Source of the DNA: Eledone cirrhosa
Lineage: Eukaryota
DNA: 64,000 nt
Assembly (NCBI GenBank): GCA_964016885.1
Contig: OZ024740.1
Coordinates: forward strand, 67,890,001-67,954,000
Direction of reading: 5' to 3'
Below, piece by piece: positions 12,981-28,122 of this stretch. The translations under genes and the position numbers were made by a program. The notes beneath the pieces were generated by a model. That model did not search any database. It was not told the origin of the DNA and saw only the letters and a list, made by a program, of their open reading frames with translations. The first letter of the stretch is position 1, and each line of letters opens with the position of its first letter.

Positions 12981-13168
12981 TGTTTCTACTTTTAGGCACA
13001 AGGCCAGCAATTTACCAGTGCATTACTGGTACTTTATTCTATCGACCCCGTAAGGATGAAAGGCAAAGTTAACCTCGGCGTGATTTGAACTCAGAATGGC
13101 AAGGGCCGTAACTCTATGCGTCAAAGCATGGCGTTCGACTCTCTACCGATACTGCCAATCCACCACCT
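12981..13168 (-). mobile_element. Full-length tRNA-derived SINE (MetaSINE-like central domain)
   Basis: A box TGGCAGTATCGG, B box GAGTTCAAATC, core GCCTTTCATCCTTACGGGGTCGATA..AAGTACCAG. 12-bp TSD TCAGGAAATAAT (12969-80 and 13169-80). Confidence 0.92.
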
Positions 13169-13810
13169 TCAGGAAATAATATTTCTTATCTCGTCAAAAT
13201 ATAAAAAGAGTGTTCTATTAGAGGAATATAAGTTGTTAAGTTAAGTGCGATATTGTTGTAAGACTCTTATGAATCCTGACAGTACATATTTTCTGAACGT
13301 AAGCATGTGTCTTTTTTTTTCTAAATCTTAGCTAAGATATTTAATCGATGAGCAGTATATTTCTAATAGAACGATGAGTATTCAGATAGAAGAAGATCAC
13401 TTTTTAATATTGAAAGGATTGAGCGTATAGAGAAGAGGAAATATTTGAAGCCAAGGAAATGATATATATGAATTAGAAAGAGAAAGAATGTGTGAATGAC
13501 GTCAAATAAATAAAAGCTATCATAAAACTTATCCATAAAAATTCAGTCCACTAGATTTAGATACCATGATTAGATTTGCAGATGCTAAGCAACCTGTCAT
13601 TTATTTTCAAGGGGATACACTGCACCGAATTGCTTATTCTATACATAAAAGTGGCATTTATCGAGTTAAATTATTTAAACCCCGTAAAAAATAGAAAAAA
13701 AAACCTGTGATGTCTTCAAACAGACAGACTATATTAAAAGTGCTCAAAGAATTTGCTGTTTTGATCTCATACACTCAGAGTCTACTACTTCATGCATGTA
13801 ATTGATGCCT

Positions 13811-14132
13811 CAAGGGTGGTGGATTGTGAGAATTATTAGATCGTCAGGCAAAATGCTTTCGTTATTTGTACTAGTGCTTTATGTTTTCGGACCAAATCCC
13901 GCCGGGACCTACGTTGCCTTTCATCCATCCGAGGTCGATAGAATGAAGTACCATTCAAGAACCCTTGTGAATTTAATCAACTTACCCTTCATAGATGGTG
14001 TGATGGCTTTGTGCGCAAATAAAAACAATATTCTTCTTCTTCTTCTTCTTCTTCTTCTTCTTCTTCTTCTTCTTCTTCTTCTTCTTCTTCTTCTTCTTCT
14101 TCTTCTTCTTCTTCTTCTTCTTCTTCTTCTTC
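13811..14132 (+). mobile_element. Diverged SINE followed by a (TTC)n tract (14030-14132)
   Basis: GCCTTTCATCCATCCGAGGTCGATAGAATGAAGTACC core. Further SINE fragments at 14133-14240 and 14335-14405. Confidence 0.8.
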
Positions 14133-14479
14133 CTTGTCTTTCATCTTTACGAGGTCGATAAAATAATCTACCAATAAGGTAGTGGGGTCGAGTTAATCGA
14201 TTTTCTCCTTTCTTTCAAATTGCTGACTTTGTTACTGTTATAGTTGTTTTTGTATACATGTCTTAATGAAGGCAGCTCCACTATGATTGATTAATAATGA
14301 AATTTTATAGGATATACTATTTATGTTCTATTACGGGAGATAAAATAAAGTACCAGTAATGCACTGGATAATTGCTGGCCTTGTGCCTAAAGTAGAAACA
14401 ATTATTTTGAAAAGAGTGAATTTAATAAGATCGAAAGATTCCTCCGTATATCTAGAATAAGCATAAAGTCTGTTTTTCG

Positions 14480-16330
14480 GGCAACATTTCTTGTTAACGT
14501 CTGGTGATACGGTAAAATATTTTTACAACAGGAGCACCGTGTGATATATACGGTCGGATTGCTTTAGGAGGGAGAGATGGTAGCTAAATTAGACGAGGCA
14601 ATTGGAAGTGGCATTGTATCTGACGTGCTAGCTGTGAGAATGGCATGATACTATTTATTTAATGAAAATCATGAATGTTGCATTGTAAGAGCTTAGGTGC
14701 GTATTGTAAGAAACGTTGGAACGATAGCTGTTTGATGGGCCCGTGTCGCGGAAGCGCAGCGTGGAAACAAAACCAAAATTCGATATTTGACTGATGTAGA
14801 CGAACGCTTGCTGAGCGATAACAGTCAGATGTGTGTGGCTGTTCGCCAGACTTTTACATAACTGTCTGATCGGAGCGGGGGTTCTGAGAGGGTAGTACAT
14901 TTCAATTTCTAACTTTTCGGCATACCATGTCTCTCGGCAGATTATGCACAGTGCTATGAAGGGCTGATAACATCAACCGAGACGCGGGATTCCATGGAGG
15001 ACTGCATGAAATGCAAAACAACCATTTAGGATTGCCTTCTACTGCAAGTAGCACCAACACTGGAGTATTCCCAGTTCTGTGAGTCGGAGCGTCGGATGCT
15101 GAAGAAAAGAGACGAGAACACGAAGGGCATTATAGATAATTGTAGGCACATAACTCTACCAAACATACAGTTGTTAGAAACGAGGTTGGCGCTTTCCACG
15201 AAGGGTTTGGCATTGGGGAGCATAAGGTTGTTCTATCCCGATCAGGCCCGAAAACGACAGCCCCAACCGCATGTGATAATTCATATTGGGGCTATGATGA
15301 ATTTGGATTAATCCAAAGCTTTCGATAGGTTTGATCATTGATACCTGGAGGTAGCCTTAAGGCAGTTGGTTTCAGCCCCGTCTTAGGTGACTGAATCGCT
15401 GCAATACACAGCGACCTCAGACGGACCGGCGAAGTTGTTAGGGATCTGGTTCGGACCAACCATCCAGGTGGACGACAAACGGGGCAATAGGAATTTATCT
15501 CAGAATGATCGGAGGGATGGTATGAACATGTACATCGTGTCCATGTTCTACTAACAGCTGACTGTCGTGCTTTGCCTCCGTTCACCGCTCGCAAAATTGG
15601 AACGTTTGCTCTTCACCTTGTGCTAGGGACAGGTCCATTGGTGAGGGTGTCCAGTTATGAATTTAGCCACTACAAGGAAGGCTCGATTTTCAGGGGTTGA
15701 CGATGTGATAACATACGCTGAGGCTCAGGTTGTGCAGTCATGGGAAAATCAAATTTACAGTTTTGCAGAAAACTAATGGTGGTCAAGTCCGTTGACACTC
15801 TCACGGAGTCTTTGAGGGTCGACGAAAACGAATTGGCCTGTCTACTCCGGATGGCTTTCGGGTTGAGACTATGGACAAGTTACAGAAATCTCCCGCTTGC
15901 CAGTGCTACCGGGGGAGTCTGTATATTCGGGATAAATACTACAGGCATCTAAGTGCTGTCAGACCAGTCTGTCTGAGATGTGCGCAGAGTAAAGAAACTG
16001 TTCTGCAAGCACACGTCCACTGTCCATGCATTACTGACTATGTTATTGATGTCAAACAGCTGCTATCGGGTGTAGGATGGATCCGGCTATCGACAGAGTC
16101 TATCGTGAAGATCACTCCACTGCCTTCTTTTGGTCGGGAAAGATAGCCAGTTTTCCTCTGCCTGGATTCTATAGGGAAAGATGTGTAGTGAAAGCGGTTG
16201 AAAGGAATAAAGACACATGCTTTCAACTTCAGTGAATCCGTCACCAACATTTTCGAGTTCAACTTTCAAAGAATAAGTTTGGAGAGGGAAGTGCTTCTCC
16301 CCAGTACATATGAAAAGGGAGGTGAGTGAG
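14480..16330 (+). pseudogene. Heavily decayed Tx1/L1-clade LINE ORF2 fragment
   Basis: Homologous to the 33-36 kb element (KLDEAI..DVLA, NLD*SKAFDR, QCYRGSLYIRDKYYRH..CLRCAQSKETVLQAHVHCP), with many stops and deletions. Confidence 0.85.
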
Positions 16331-16530
16331 AATTGGCAGTATCGGTAGAGCACCAGGCACCTTGCTTTGCAGCATAGAATTACGGCTTTTTTACGTTCTG
16401 ACTTCAGATTTCGCTGAGGTTAACATTCAACCTTACGGGGATCGATAAAATAAAGCCCCAGTAATGCATTTGGGTCGACTTAATCGACCCCCCCCCCCCA
16501 ATTGCTGGCCTTGTGATTAAAGTAGAAAAA
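16325..16530 (+). mobile_element. SINE copy
   Basis: TTGGCAGTATCGGTAGAG head, CTTACGGGGATCGATAAAATAAAG core, TTGCTGGCCTTGTG tail. Confidence 0.85.
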
Positions 16531-16925
16531 AAAAAGATTTTATTTAAAGTACAAATCGCAAAGGCTTCAATTTCTTCTCATGATAGCTATTTGTATTAAG
16601 ATCTTTGATAAGTACCTCCAGATTCACACAGAAAAAGGCAAGTTAAAATAGATGAAGTCTATGGAAATTATCAACAAAAGCTTTATACAAGCAGGTATTT
16701 ACTGTGGATATATACATATATGTATGAAATCTTTGTTTCTATTGAATGATAGCTTAGCAAATTATCATTCCGCAAATCTTTCGGATTTACCATCCAGTGA
16801 ACCAGATGCTTTTCTATCCCCTTGGTGGCCATTTATTTTCAGTTCCTTACTCCACAATGCTTCAAGGCAAGTATCAGACTACACACACACACACTCACAC
16901 ACACATAGACATGCACGCACACATA

Positions 16926-16967
<42 letters not shown>

Positions 16968-17165
16968 CGTGCACTTAGTGAATGTTTTAAATGTTCTAAA
17001 TACTATTATACATAATTGTTTCTACTTTTGGCACAGAAAAACCACAGACCCTCCATCTCAACTCACCTTGTGAAAAGCAGAAGAACTGCGAAACCGGTAA
17101 AGGAACCAAATAAATATATATATTTAAAAAAAATAAGACTTCAGTTGCATTTTCGATTTCATCTC

Positions 17166-17241
<76 letters not shown>

Positions 17242-18626
17242 CTGAGTGTGTGTGTGAGAGAAAGTGTGGAGAGAGAAAACTTTCTGATTTGATAGACGAA
17301 AATTATCACAGAAAAGTTATTTTGAATAGGTAAAATAAATCGTTTGTAGTAACATAAGTACATGTTGTTTTAAATGAAAGATGAAAAGTTCTTTATACCT
17401 ATAGGAAATTAGACTACATGATATGAAATCCCTGAAGTTAGCATCTGAATTGGGACACAAGCCAATAATGTATTTTGGAATTTTTCATGATATTAGAAAC
17501 ATAAAACCACATTGGAAACGTAGCGAAAATCATCTTTAAACCATACACGCCGATAAGTGTAAGCTTCTCTCTAAATATTATAGGTACTAATTTAGTGAAT
17601 TGAATGGGCAATAGAAATACGGTCTCTTGTATTATTTTTTCAGGCACTCTGTTCTCTCTGTTCATATCCAGCGGAAGCCAAATTTGCCTTTTGATTGCCG
17701 ATAAATAAATAACCAGAAACAATAGTACGATCTATTTATTCTATATCCATTTTTGCTCACCTTCATTCTTTTCTTCTCCCTTTCTCCAAAGAAAATCTGT
17801 TGTGTTGAAACCTGGAAAGGGATAGAATACGTCAGGTTTCAATACGCATGGCAGCACATCAACGACAGAAAGTGTAGTCAAAAGCCAATGGATTGCTGGA
17901 TGAAGTCATTACAATATACAATGCTATCTCTCGTGTCAATTTCTTTCTGGGTTCAATACACACTGAGAGCAAATTTGCACTTCGTCTTTTTTTAAATCGA
18001 TAATATAAAAGATCAGCCCATTAAGAGGGGAGTTGAAGAAATTAGTGGACCGTCTGAAGAGGGGAATTGCAGTATATCCTGAGTCATTCAGTCGCCTTCT
18101 TTAGTTATTTCTTTGTGTTGAAAGGCCCTGATTGAGTAACCCATATCAAGTATTTTACCGACGCAAATGGAAGTTAAATTTAAGCTGACTACATGTGGGA
18201 TTTGAACTCACATTTGAATAAATACAAAGAAACAGACACCTCATTGTAGATTTGGAATGTAAACTAAATCTCGGCAAAATTTGAACAACATTGCAGAACA
18301 AGTACTACAAGGCATCTCATTCCTTAAGTTCACCGACCTGGTCTGATGCTATATTCCATCGACTGCGAAAGGGTGGAAATTAAAGATTACCCAGGCGCGG
18401 TTTGAACTGGGAAAGCCGGAACAAATGTTGTCTTACGCACTTGAAACAATAGCAATTTAACTCCTACTCATATTTTACTTTAAAGGCGAAATGTTTGCTT
18501 ATCAAGATTCAGCAGTCAACAATTTACAAAGATGTTTTTTTTTGGTTATTTTACACATTTTTTGAAGTATTACTATTCAATTTCCACGTATGAAAAGTGA
18601 AAATAATCTGATGTACTTATACACAC

Positions 18627-19745
18627 ATGATACTCTCAGCCACCTCCGCCCATACACACATGCCTGTCTACACAGCTAAATACCTTTCACGCATACATAA
18701 TAGCACTATCACTCTCACCCACCAAGTTCTGTTTTGTTGGCACCACATCTGCCCCTTCCTTTCACACATTGTCCTGCCATCACCACCCTCTCCACCCTAT
18801 CCTCTCACACTTTCGACTTGACCATGTCCGGTTGCGCACGCCACACTGCCATTTCACTTCCTCATCGCCATTTTCTCCTGCTTGAACTTGGAATTTACCT
18901 CACGTTGAAAGCCACCTGCTGTACCCTCGGAATTTTACCATCCGCACAGACACACACACCATCATCCATTCCGTAACATAGACGCACACACAAACACAAC
19001 TACGCACCTTACAAGAACCCACATCATCTACAGATACAACGCTTAGCCCTTCTTTTAACCCCACAAACACACACTCACATGCATGAACATCTACACATAC
19101 GCCCACACTTCACCCCACACTACCTGCGGATTTGACACGATCACATCTCATCCCATCCGTCCCCTTCCATCCACACACACACACACCAACACCAATACAG
19201 GGAATATACACGCAGACACACACTCACCCAACACACACGCATAGACTTGCTTCCTTCCAGACTCTCACCCTTAGATTTACACGTACACACACACCTTACC
19301 ATCCTCCATCACTACTCGGAATCTGATTTTCTTGTCACTCCCCCCAACTTTCTCCACCTCTCTCCATCCACTCACCCCTATACACACTACCACACCCTTG
19401 CCATCTCTGACCCGTAAACACCCCACCACTTCATTTTAACTTGTTTAAAATTGCTTTTTTTTTTTTAAATTCTGTTTTTATTTATCTTGATCTTAATTTA
19501 TATTTGTATGTTCATTTTTCCCGTCCTTTCCTTTTCTTCCTGTGAACTTCCCTCCTTCGTCCCTCTCGGAGTTCCTCACTACTTTCTTGAAGAAGGACTT
19601 ATGTCCGAAACGTCGTAACGTTCCCCCACTCTCACCAACCGCGAAGCCAATAACACTATGTACTATTGACTCCTGCGTTTGTTTTTTCCCTTTGTAGTGT
19701 AGAAAAGGCAGAATACAAACGGATAATAGCAAAGAAAATAAATAA
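18627..19745 (+). mobile_element. Decayed PLE 3' region with an HHR-like motif (~19585-19620)
   Basis: GIY-YIG C-terminus-like remnant (TLGILP), CA-rich UTR, and TTGAAGA-A-GGAC/TTAT/GTCC-GAAA-CGTC. Confidence 0.5.
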
Positions 19746-19779
19746 AAACCATACACATTCTTTTGATGAAATTAAAAAT

Positions 19780-20760
19780 AAAATAAAATTCAGAGCGGGA
19801 AGAAGGAAGAGTAACGATGGTTGAAGTAGTAGTTTGACGTGTGGGTGATGTGGAGTGGAGTGGAGTAGGGGTCAAGGTGAAAGTTGCCGACGTGTGGTTG
19901 GTGGTTGTGGGTCGGCGGAATGCATAATATGACGCGCATGTTTGGGTGAATGTATATACATGCGCACAAACACGTGAATATGCACACACAGGCATTTATA
20001 TATGTACACACATACACAAGTATCCCTCTGTACTTGCTTGTGGATGAGTGTGCACGTGTATCTGATTATATGTGTATTTGGCAGGTTACTGGTGTGGTTT
20101 TTGGTGCATAATGTATGGTTGCATGTATTTGTGTATGTGCGTGTGTGTGTGTAAGTGTGTGTATAAGAATAGGGTAGGTGGGGTTGTTTATCGTATCTAT
20201 TATGGCCCGACATGGGCTTTCAGATTCAGGTAGGTGAGTCCGAGGCGTATAATGGCCGTGCTAGTGTGAGTACGCTAGTGCGAGCAATCTATCGGGCTCG
20301 GGTAATGGTGTCTAGGACAATGGTTGTGATGTATCCTCGCCGAGGGAACAGTCTAGCCATACACTGCGCCCCATCCTCAAAGTCATTGGTTCGGCTACAC
20401 AGGGGGCAGAGGCAAATGAATTGGGATAAGCTGATGGAGTGTTTGCTTTGGGTGGGATTTGTGAATTTGAAAAAGGTGAAGGTTATGAGGGAACGATGAG
20501 AATGGTCGATAGAAAGAGACATGTCGAAGAAATTGACAGTTGTGTTGAAGATGAAGTTGGTGAATTCAAATGTGGGGTGGAAGGAACAGACGAAGGAGAG
20601 AAAGGAGTTGAACTGTTGTCGGGTGAGTGGGGTTGCACCGATACATGCATCGATGTACCGACTGTATAGCCACGGGTTGTATAAAGGTTTGGGTCACAGT
20701 GCAACAGATGGATAAGTTAGCGTAGTTGCAGCGTATTCTTGAGCGCATGGCAACCGCGGT
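19780..20760 (-). pseudogene. Decayed PLE RT thumb region
   Basis: SISLSQFICLCPLCSRTNDF...ARLFPRRGY, matching the PLE pattern SIPYSQFLRLRRICS...RGY. Confidence 0.75.
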
Positions 20761-21134
20761 CATTTCTAGATAAACCTTATCCGAGAAGATAAAGGTTCTA
20801 TATATTTAGGGTTTTTAAATGCTGAAAAGGCACACTGCATAATATACTATTTTAGTTTAATACTGAGTACTGCTAGGGAATAAGCGAATTAGTTTACTTC
20901 ATCATTTTCTATTTATCATTAGAAATAGATCTAAGAGAATTCTTTGCATTCTTTCGTATACAATATAATGACTTTAGTATTGTAATTAACACATCATTTC
21001 CTTTTCTTATATGCACTTACACAATAACTGCCAAACTCTTTATGCATTTATTTACTTCTCTGTATGTATGATCGTTTACAGTTTCTGATCTCATATGTCA
21101 TGTGATATAAACTTCATACCAATAAGCAAATTAT

Positions 21135-22060
<926 letters not shown>

Positions 22061-22169
22061 TGATATAAAGGATAAAATAAAGGATAACAATCCTATAACT
22101 CCTTGTGGAGTCGGAAACGCACCGTCACTCGATGTGCCTAGGGCACTTTTAAACCTAGCGGAGCCCAAC

Positions 22170-22292
22170 TCTTTCCAGGTTTGAACACAGCCAATTTTTT
22201 TTTTTATAGAGGAAGAAAAATCGACCCTAGTCCTAGACAGGTACTTTATTATCGACCCCGAAATGATGAAAGGCAAAGTTAAACTCGGCGGT
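22170..22292 (-). mobile_element. SINE fragment
   Basis: GGTACTTTATTATCGACCCCGAAATGATGAAAGGCAAAGTT on the plus strand. Confidence 0.75.
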
Positions 22293-22390
22293 ACAAACGA
22301 CTACCGAATTTGAAAATTAGGTAGTAACATGTGCTTACGCCGTATTTGACTAAATAGAATTTGTCTGTTAGGTGGGATTTAAGAAAACCC

Positions 22391-22571
22391 TCTGAATGGA
22401 AAAGAAAGGATGAGTATTGACGTACATGGGACATGATCCCACGTCTTTGGTTTGTCGGACTAATGTGTTACCGTATTACTAATATTACCACTCATTCAAT
22501 TAGAAGCTATATAACCAAAGATGTGGGTGCGTGTCCCATATATCTAAATACTCATCCTTTTTCCACTCAGA
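22391..22571. repeat. Inverted repeat (MITE-like foldback)
   Basis: ~60-bp arms. Shares the AAAGGATGAGT/ACTCATCCTTTTTCC motif with 3333-3540. Confidence 0.75.
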
Positions 22572-22606
22572 TACTTCTAAATGTCAGCAGCAGCAAGACA
22601 TAGGCT

Positions 22607-23030
22607 GACCATAACACCAACAACACTACCAAAATAAGTGTAGAGTCAGATGTACCTAACAATAGCAAACACAAACACTACAGGGAGCCTCACCCCAGAA
22701 ATAATTTCTATAGACTTTTGACTGAGGAATGCTCTAAAAACTGACAAATAGGAAGAGTGACCATACAAATCTTTATAACATTGATATGGGTATAACAGAC
22801 ACATACATGTTATTCGATTATTTTATTTTATTTGGTTCCTTTACCATCTTAATCCTTCTACCACTTAATCATTTTTTGGAGCTGACTCCAACAACAACAC
22901 CACTACCAATATAAGGATAGATGTCAGATGTACTTAACAATAGCAAGAATAGCAACTACAGATTGGCTTGCCTCAGAACGAATCTCTATAGACTTTGGAC
23001 TGAGGAATGTTCTAACAACTGACCAATGAG
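22607..23030. repeat. Diverged direct repeat (~140-bp copies, ~280-bp period)
   Basis: CACTACCAA..GTCAGATGTAC.TAACAATAGCAA..TCTATAGACTTT.GACTGAGGAATG occurs twice. Confidence 0.75.
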
Positions 23031-23184
23031 AGGAGAAGAGGCCCTTTGACGCTGAAATTCGTTTGTTTAAATTCATATGATTCCAGTTCCTCAGTTAAAT
23101 AACAACCCAACAGGGCATATCAGAGTATTGACAAAGTTAAACACCTTAACAACATGTGTACTCGTCTCTACCACACTAATACGG

Positions 23185-23239
23185 ACTGCCTGAAGAGGTC
23201 ACAGCCAAAGATGGCTGTCACCGAAATATATATAGCAGT
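23185..23239 (+). ncRNA. Type I hammerhead ribozyme (near-canonical) in a solo PLE pLTR-like segment
   Basis: ACTGC-CTGAAGA-GGTCACAGCC/AAAGAT/GGCTGTCACC-GAAA-TATATA-TA-GCAGT, followed by AATAAA. Confidence 0.85.
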
Positions 23240-23597
23240 AATAAACGAAGCCAAATTTTAAACATTTGACTTATCTATTTTATTTTATTTTACATTACTC
23301 CGGAGTAACTAAACCAACCTGCGCACTTCGTCGAGTGTTCCAATCTGTATACTGAGGTGTTGGTATACTACCAACATATACTCAAAATTTATATATATAT
23401 ATATACGGGATAACAAATTATTGTTATAGGTAGTCCACTTAGATGTAGTCCAGTTAGGGTACTCCGAGTAGTGGATAGTATTAACGCTTGGCTAAGTTTT
23501 ACTCAACAAGACGTTTCCATAGTGATGCTGCGAGTACGCGGTGATTTCTATGTAGTTTACACTTGGAGTAATAATAAATCATATATATCTCTCTCTC

Positions 23598-23649
<52 letters not shown>

Positions 23650-24589
23650 TTCTTGGGACGACCAGCGTTTCTTGCTCCATGAGATGGACTCCATAACAAC
23701 ACATCACCTGCTATTTCTTCCTTGCTGCGCCAACAGTGGCCAGCAAATATGAGTCTCTGTCCACGTATTGACCTGCTGATAGGTGGTATATTGCTATAGA
23801 GATCCTTATTTGTTGGGTGTTCCCTTCAAATACAGCGTAAGCAGATGTTACTACCTATATATATATATTTATATAATGGCCTTTTCAAAGCGATATTTTT
23901 TTTTTTTTGAAAGAGGACAAAACTTTTAAAATCTTAAATCTTTCACTAAAGCAGAGGGGTATTTTTTAGTTCCAATAGCTTACGGTCTGGTTTTTCTCAA
24001 GTATTTTTCACGTCATATATTATTTTCAGTTTAAAAAAATCACTATGTCCCTTAGTATTTATTATTTCTTTATTAGTATTAGTACGTGGTTTGCCGTGTT
24101 CCCTTGTTCATTGTATACGCATTGAATTTATCTGACAAAGGATTCAGCCAATTTATTGTCAGGTATATGTGTTGATATACAGGCCATTTATTTGCAGTTT
24201 CAGTTTTGCTGTGGAAGTTTTTGCTTATTGTTCAGTAGATATTACTTCCTATCCTTGCCACGTGGATATAATTTGTATTGACAGAAGCCTGGAAAAGTGA
24301 TATTGATTGCTACTTAACGTTGATTTGATAACCTGATTTTCACGTTATTCCCTTCTACACACGCTTTAATTAACCGTGTTTTGAAAGCAGTGAATAATTT
24401 CTTTTCCTTTGAGTTTATTACATTTTTTCTTCCCAATTAATTAATTTAAATTCAAATTATTGCGTTATTTCAGAAGCTCAACAGACTGGAGTCATCCGAT
24501 TTCCTGTGGCATTTTATGAAAATATATAACGTCACAAGTCCGATGCAATTTTAACACCCAGTTGCAGATAGCACACATTTCTTTAGTTT

Positions 24590-24705
24590 GAGCGGACAGG
24601 AGCATCGTGAAATATAATGTCTTGCTCAAGAACAAAATGCGCCAACTGACGAGGGCCTGGAAAACAGGACCTTACGGTTATGATCCCAACACTCTAACAA
24701 CTGGG
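24590..24705 (-). mobile_element. Old CORE-like tRNA SINE remnant
   Basis: ATGTCTTGCTCAAGAACA...CCCAACACTCTAACAACTGG on the plus strand. Confidence 0.55.
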
Positions 24706-25476
24706 ATAGTTAATGTATTTATAGTTAGTTTGTTTTGTTTTTTTACATTGTTTTTAATATTAGTTACTCGCATGTTTAGGACTTTACTATACTTTTCTCT
24801 TTCTTTTTCTGAATTTTCTTATTTAGCATATTTTACTATTCTTAAGAATTTCTATGTGTAGTAATGTTCTTATTCTCTAATTCCAGCGTCTAAATCTAAT
24901 ACAATGTTTTATGCTCTGTTTAGCGTAACTTTGACACAATTGTCTCATCTCATACTCATTCTGATATCAGTGTAGCATCCATTTATAGCTTTAGTAAATT
25001 ATCCAGTTGAGCGTTATCTAATGCATATCATTTTAAATCATCCATAACGAAAAGATAACTTGTTTACAGCATTTGTATACATTGATAGTTGATGGGACAT
25101 ATTTGTTTGCGCAGCAGCTAGTGGTAGACAAAACAGAAATGAAGATAATATTTCTCTTTTTCTGAGATGATATGGCCATATTATTTTTTATTATCTTCCA
25201 TTTAACTTGGGGTGTTATTAGGCTTTCCGTTTTGATATACTGTTTCTATCGCGCTTTACTATTAGTGTATAATGTGCCTGGAATTCTTGTCGAGCAATTC
25301 TAAGTAATCGATCTCTACAGTAGCAAAGATATTTCTTTCTCCTTTAAATAATTCAGTTTACAAATAAATATACTTTACATGCATATATCACTTTCTTACA
25401 CCATATCCGATTCTCAAGTATTACAAAACATCTGCCCTTTCTATAGAACATAGGCGAGGAATTTATATTTTGTTTT

Positions 25477-25610
25477 ACGGCCCTATATGATGAGTTCAAA
25501 TCCTGCCGAGGTTAACTTTGCCTTTCATCCTTACGGGGTCGATAAAATAAAGTGACAGTAATGAACTGCGATAATTGCTGGCCTTGTGCCAAAAGTAGAA
25601 ACAATTATTT
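25477..25610 (+). mobile_element. 5'-truncated SINE
   Basis: B box GAGTTCAAATCC, core, and tail GGCCTTGTGCCAAAAGTAGAAACAATTATT. Confidence 0.88.
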
Positions 25611-27491
25611 CAGTTATTTTTTATACTGGATAACGTGTGACTTAGTTCTATAATATAATCATTATCTTTTGTAGCAGCTGACATGGCTGTAAATTTAAGT
25701 TGCCTAGTGTATTCACGAAATCATAGAAGAGTGACGGTCAATGAGGGGTCACTCTAACGTCTTAATAAATTTATGATCATATTAATAAATGGCGGTTAAT
25801 AGATAACAACCTACAGGAAGATCGTATTGATAAGAATAGAAATGATGCTATGTCGATGAGAATCTAGTACGGTACATAAATAAAAGTCTTATTTTATGTG
25901 AGTGGAAAGATGTTAACTCTTAATCAATGTACTTCCTCTATGTATATACATATTTTCAAATACAGGTTTAATAAAAGTTATACGTCTATTAAAAGTTATA
26001 TCCTTATTAAATCATCATATTGGATACTAACAATAGCATCTTTTTACTCATATCTACACACAATCTCCCTTCATTAATTCATCAACGAACCAACAATTAT
26101 GGATATTAAGACTCGAGTGTGGTTGACCGTCACTGATCTATGATTTCATTTATTCCCATTGTACATATATTCCACACAATGTTATTGATAACATATTGTC
26201 ATACAAATTTACCGACATGTGCTTCTATAAACAGCATATTATAACCACATTTAGCCCCAAGTTTTAAATTCAAATTCCCAACCCACATATAAATCCTATA
26301 CAACTTTTCTATATATTTGTACGGCGTACACAAACAAGTCTTTTATATAGAACATGATGAAAATTCCCATATGAGATATTGTTTTTAAGACTATATTGTG
26401 TGCATTTAAAGAGTTTTTTTTTTCCTCAGTTCAATGGAGAACGTTTGAATGCAGCATCTAATGTGTTTACCTTATTAGCAAATGTTTTTTTGGATTAAAC
26501 GTTGATTTAATCTAAAACATATATTCATTGCTATTCCTGAAACAAACACATACACACATACACAAATAAACACACAGACACTATTTTTTATCAGAGGTAA
26601 CGTCTGTCGTCGACCTTGATGACAACCCAATTGCCTAATCTAAGATGCAGGGATTTCAGAAGCTAAATTAATGTAAGTAATCCAGGGATTGACAATGGTA
26701 GAGCAGACAGAAAGCCGCCGGAGAGTGTACAATAGAATGAACAAGGTAAGTAGAGGGTGGATGACGTAAAGATCAACAACAGCCCACTGACTAAACACGA
26801 TAGACTCAACTATATAACCGAATATACTGTTTTTAAGGCCCGTTGTGCAATGTGTTCTATATCGGACAGATTTTCGTCGCTGGTTAGCAGATTGTTTCGG
26901 CGAAGCAAGTCCGTCACATTCCTCTTAGGAACCATTCCCCAATTCCCCGCCAACTTTGCACTTCTTAACGTACCATTAAGGATTTGAGAGTGTTTGGATA
27001 GGTTCTACATCATGATCTAATCCATTCGAGCTTAAGCTACATCTAACAAATAATTTTACTCTGCAAACTTCGAACCCACCTGGACTGAATACCTCCTCCG
27101 CCACCATAGATCTTATAATGCTCCATTTCCAGTGATATTCATACGCATATATTATAATTGTCTGCTTCGTGTATTTGTGTCTGTACACACATACTGGACA
27201 CGTATGTTTGCCACTGTACTTACACTAACCGCTTCGCCTTAATAACATCACCTTACAAACTTCATGGTTTAAATATATGTCCAAAGCTGTTTTCATTTCT
27301 CTCCGTGTTTTGTTTTCTCTTTTAATTACTTTCCAGCATTTACTTGCTTGTTTCTCCCTAAGCCACATAAAAAGCCTTTGTCTGAAACGTGCCTTAATTG
27401 GAACTTATTATTGAACATTCTCTGGAAGATATAATTGATATTCCCCCTTCCCTTCAAATTGCTGACAAAAAGTAGAAAAAAATATTACCTC

Positions 27492-27760
27492 GCAGTATCG
27501 GTAGAGCGTAGAAGGACATGCCGCAAAGCATATAATTACGTTCCTTTAATTTTGGGATACAAATCACGCAGAGTTTTACTTTAACTTTCATACTTGTGGG
27601 TTCGATAGAATAACGTACCAGTCATGCACTGGTTCGAGTTGATTGGCTTAGTCCTGTCCAAATTTATTGGCCTTCTGCCTAAATTAGAAACCATTAATAG
27701 CAGTATCGATAGAGCTGTCTGACGCCATGATTGGCAGCATAGAGTTAAGGCCCTTTAAGG
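27492..27760 (+). mobile_element. Diverged SINE plus the head of a second copy
   Basis: GCAGTATCGGTAGAG...TTGGCCTTCTGCCTAAATTAGAAACC, then GCAGTATCGATAGAG. Confidence 0.75.
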
Positions 27761-27974
27761 CCCTTTAAGGGTTCTATATTCAATGCTCAAGCAGTGGCGG
27801 ACTGGGTCTAAAAATATTGGTTGCCAGGCGATGAAGGTTAGCCACCTATATATAGATTGCTATCATTTAATTTTTATAATGAATAAATAACATTTTCAAA
27901 AAATACATAAGTGGAAACAAAACAGTGCAATCAAATGTTTGCAGAAAAATATTTTACCTTCTCCAATAAATATA

Positions 27975-28122
27975 TATATATGTCGTTTCTGAATTTGTTT
28001 AGCAAGATTCTTTATCTGAAAACGTGTGTTGAAGCCGATATTGTTATGCTTGGGAGGGTCATGTTGCCAATAAGAAACTGGTGCGTGTGTTTCTTATTGG
28101 CAACATGACCTTCCCAAAGCAT

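Noticed and set aside
26590-27190. Higher-complexity segment as a possible host exon (also 12556-12900, 17430-17990 and 63300-63900)
   Set aside because: No recognisable protein motif or convincing splice-bounded frame.
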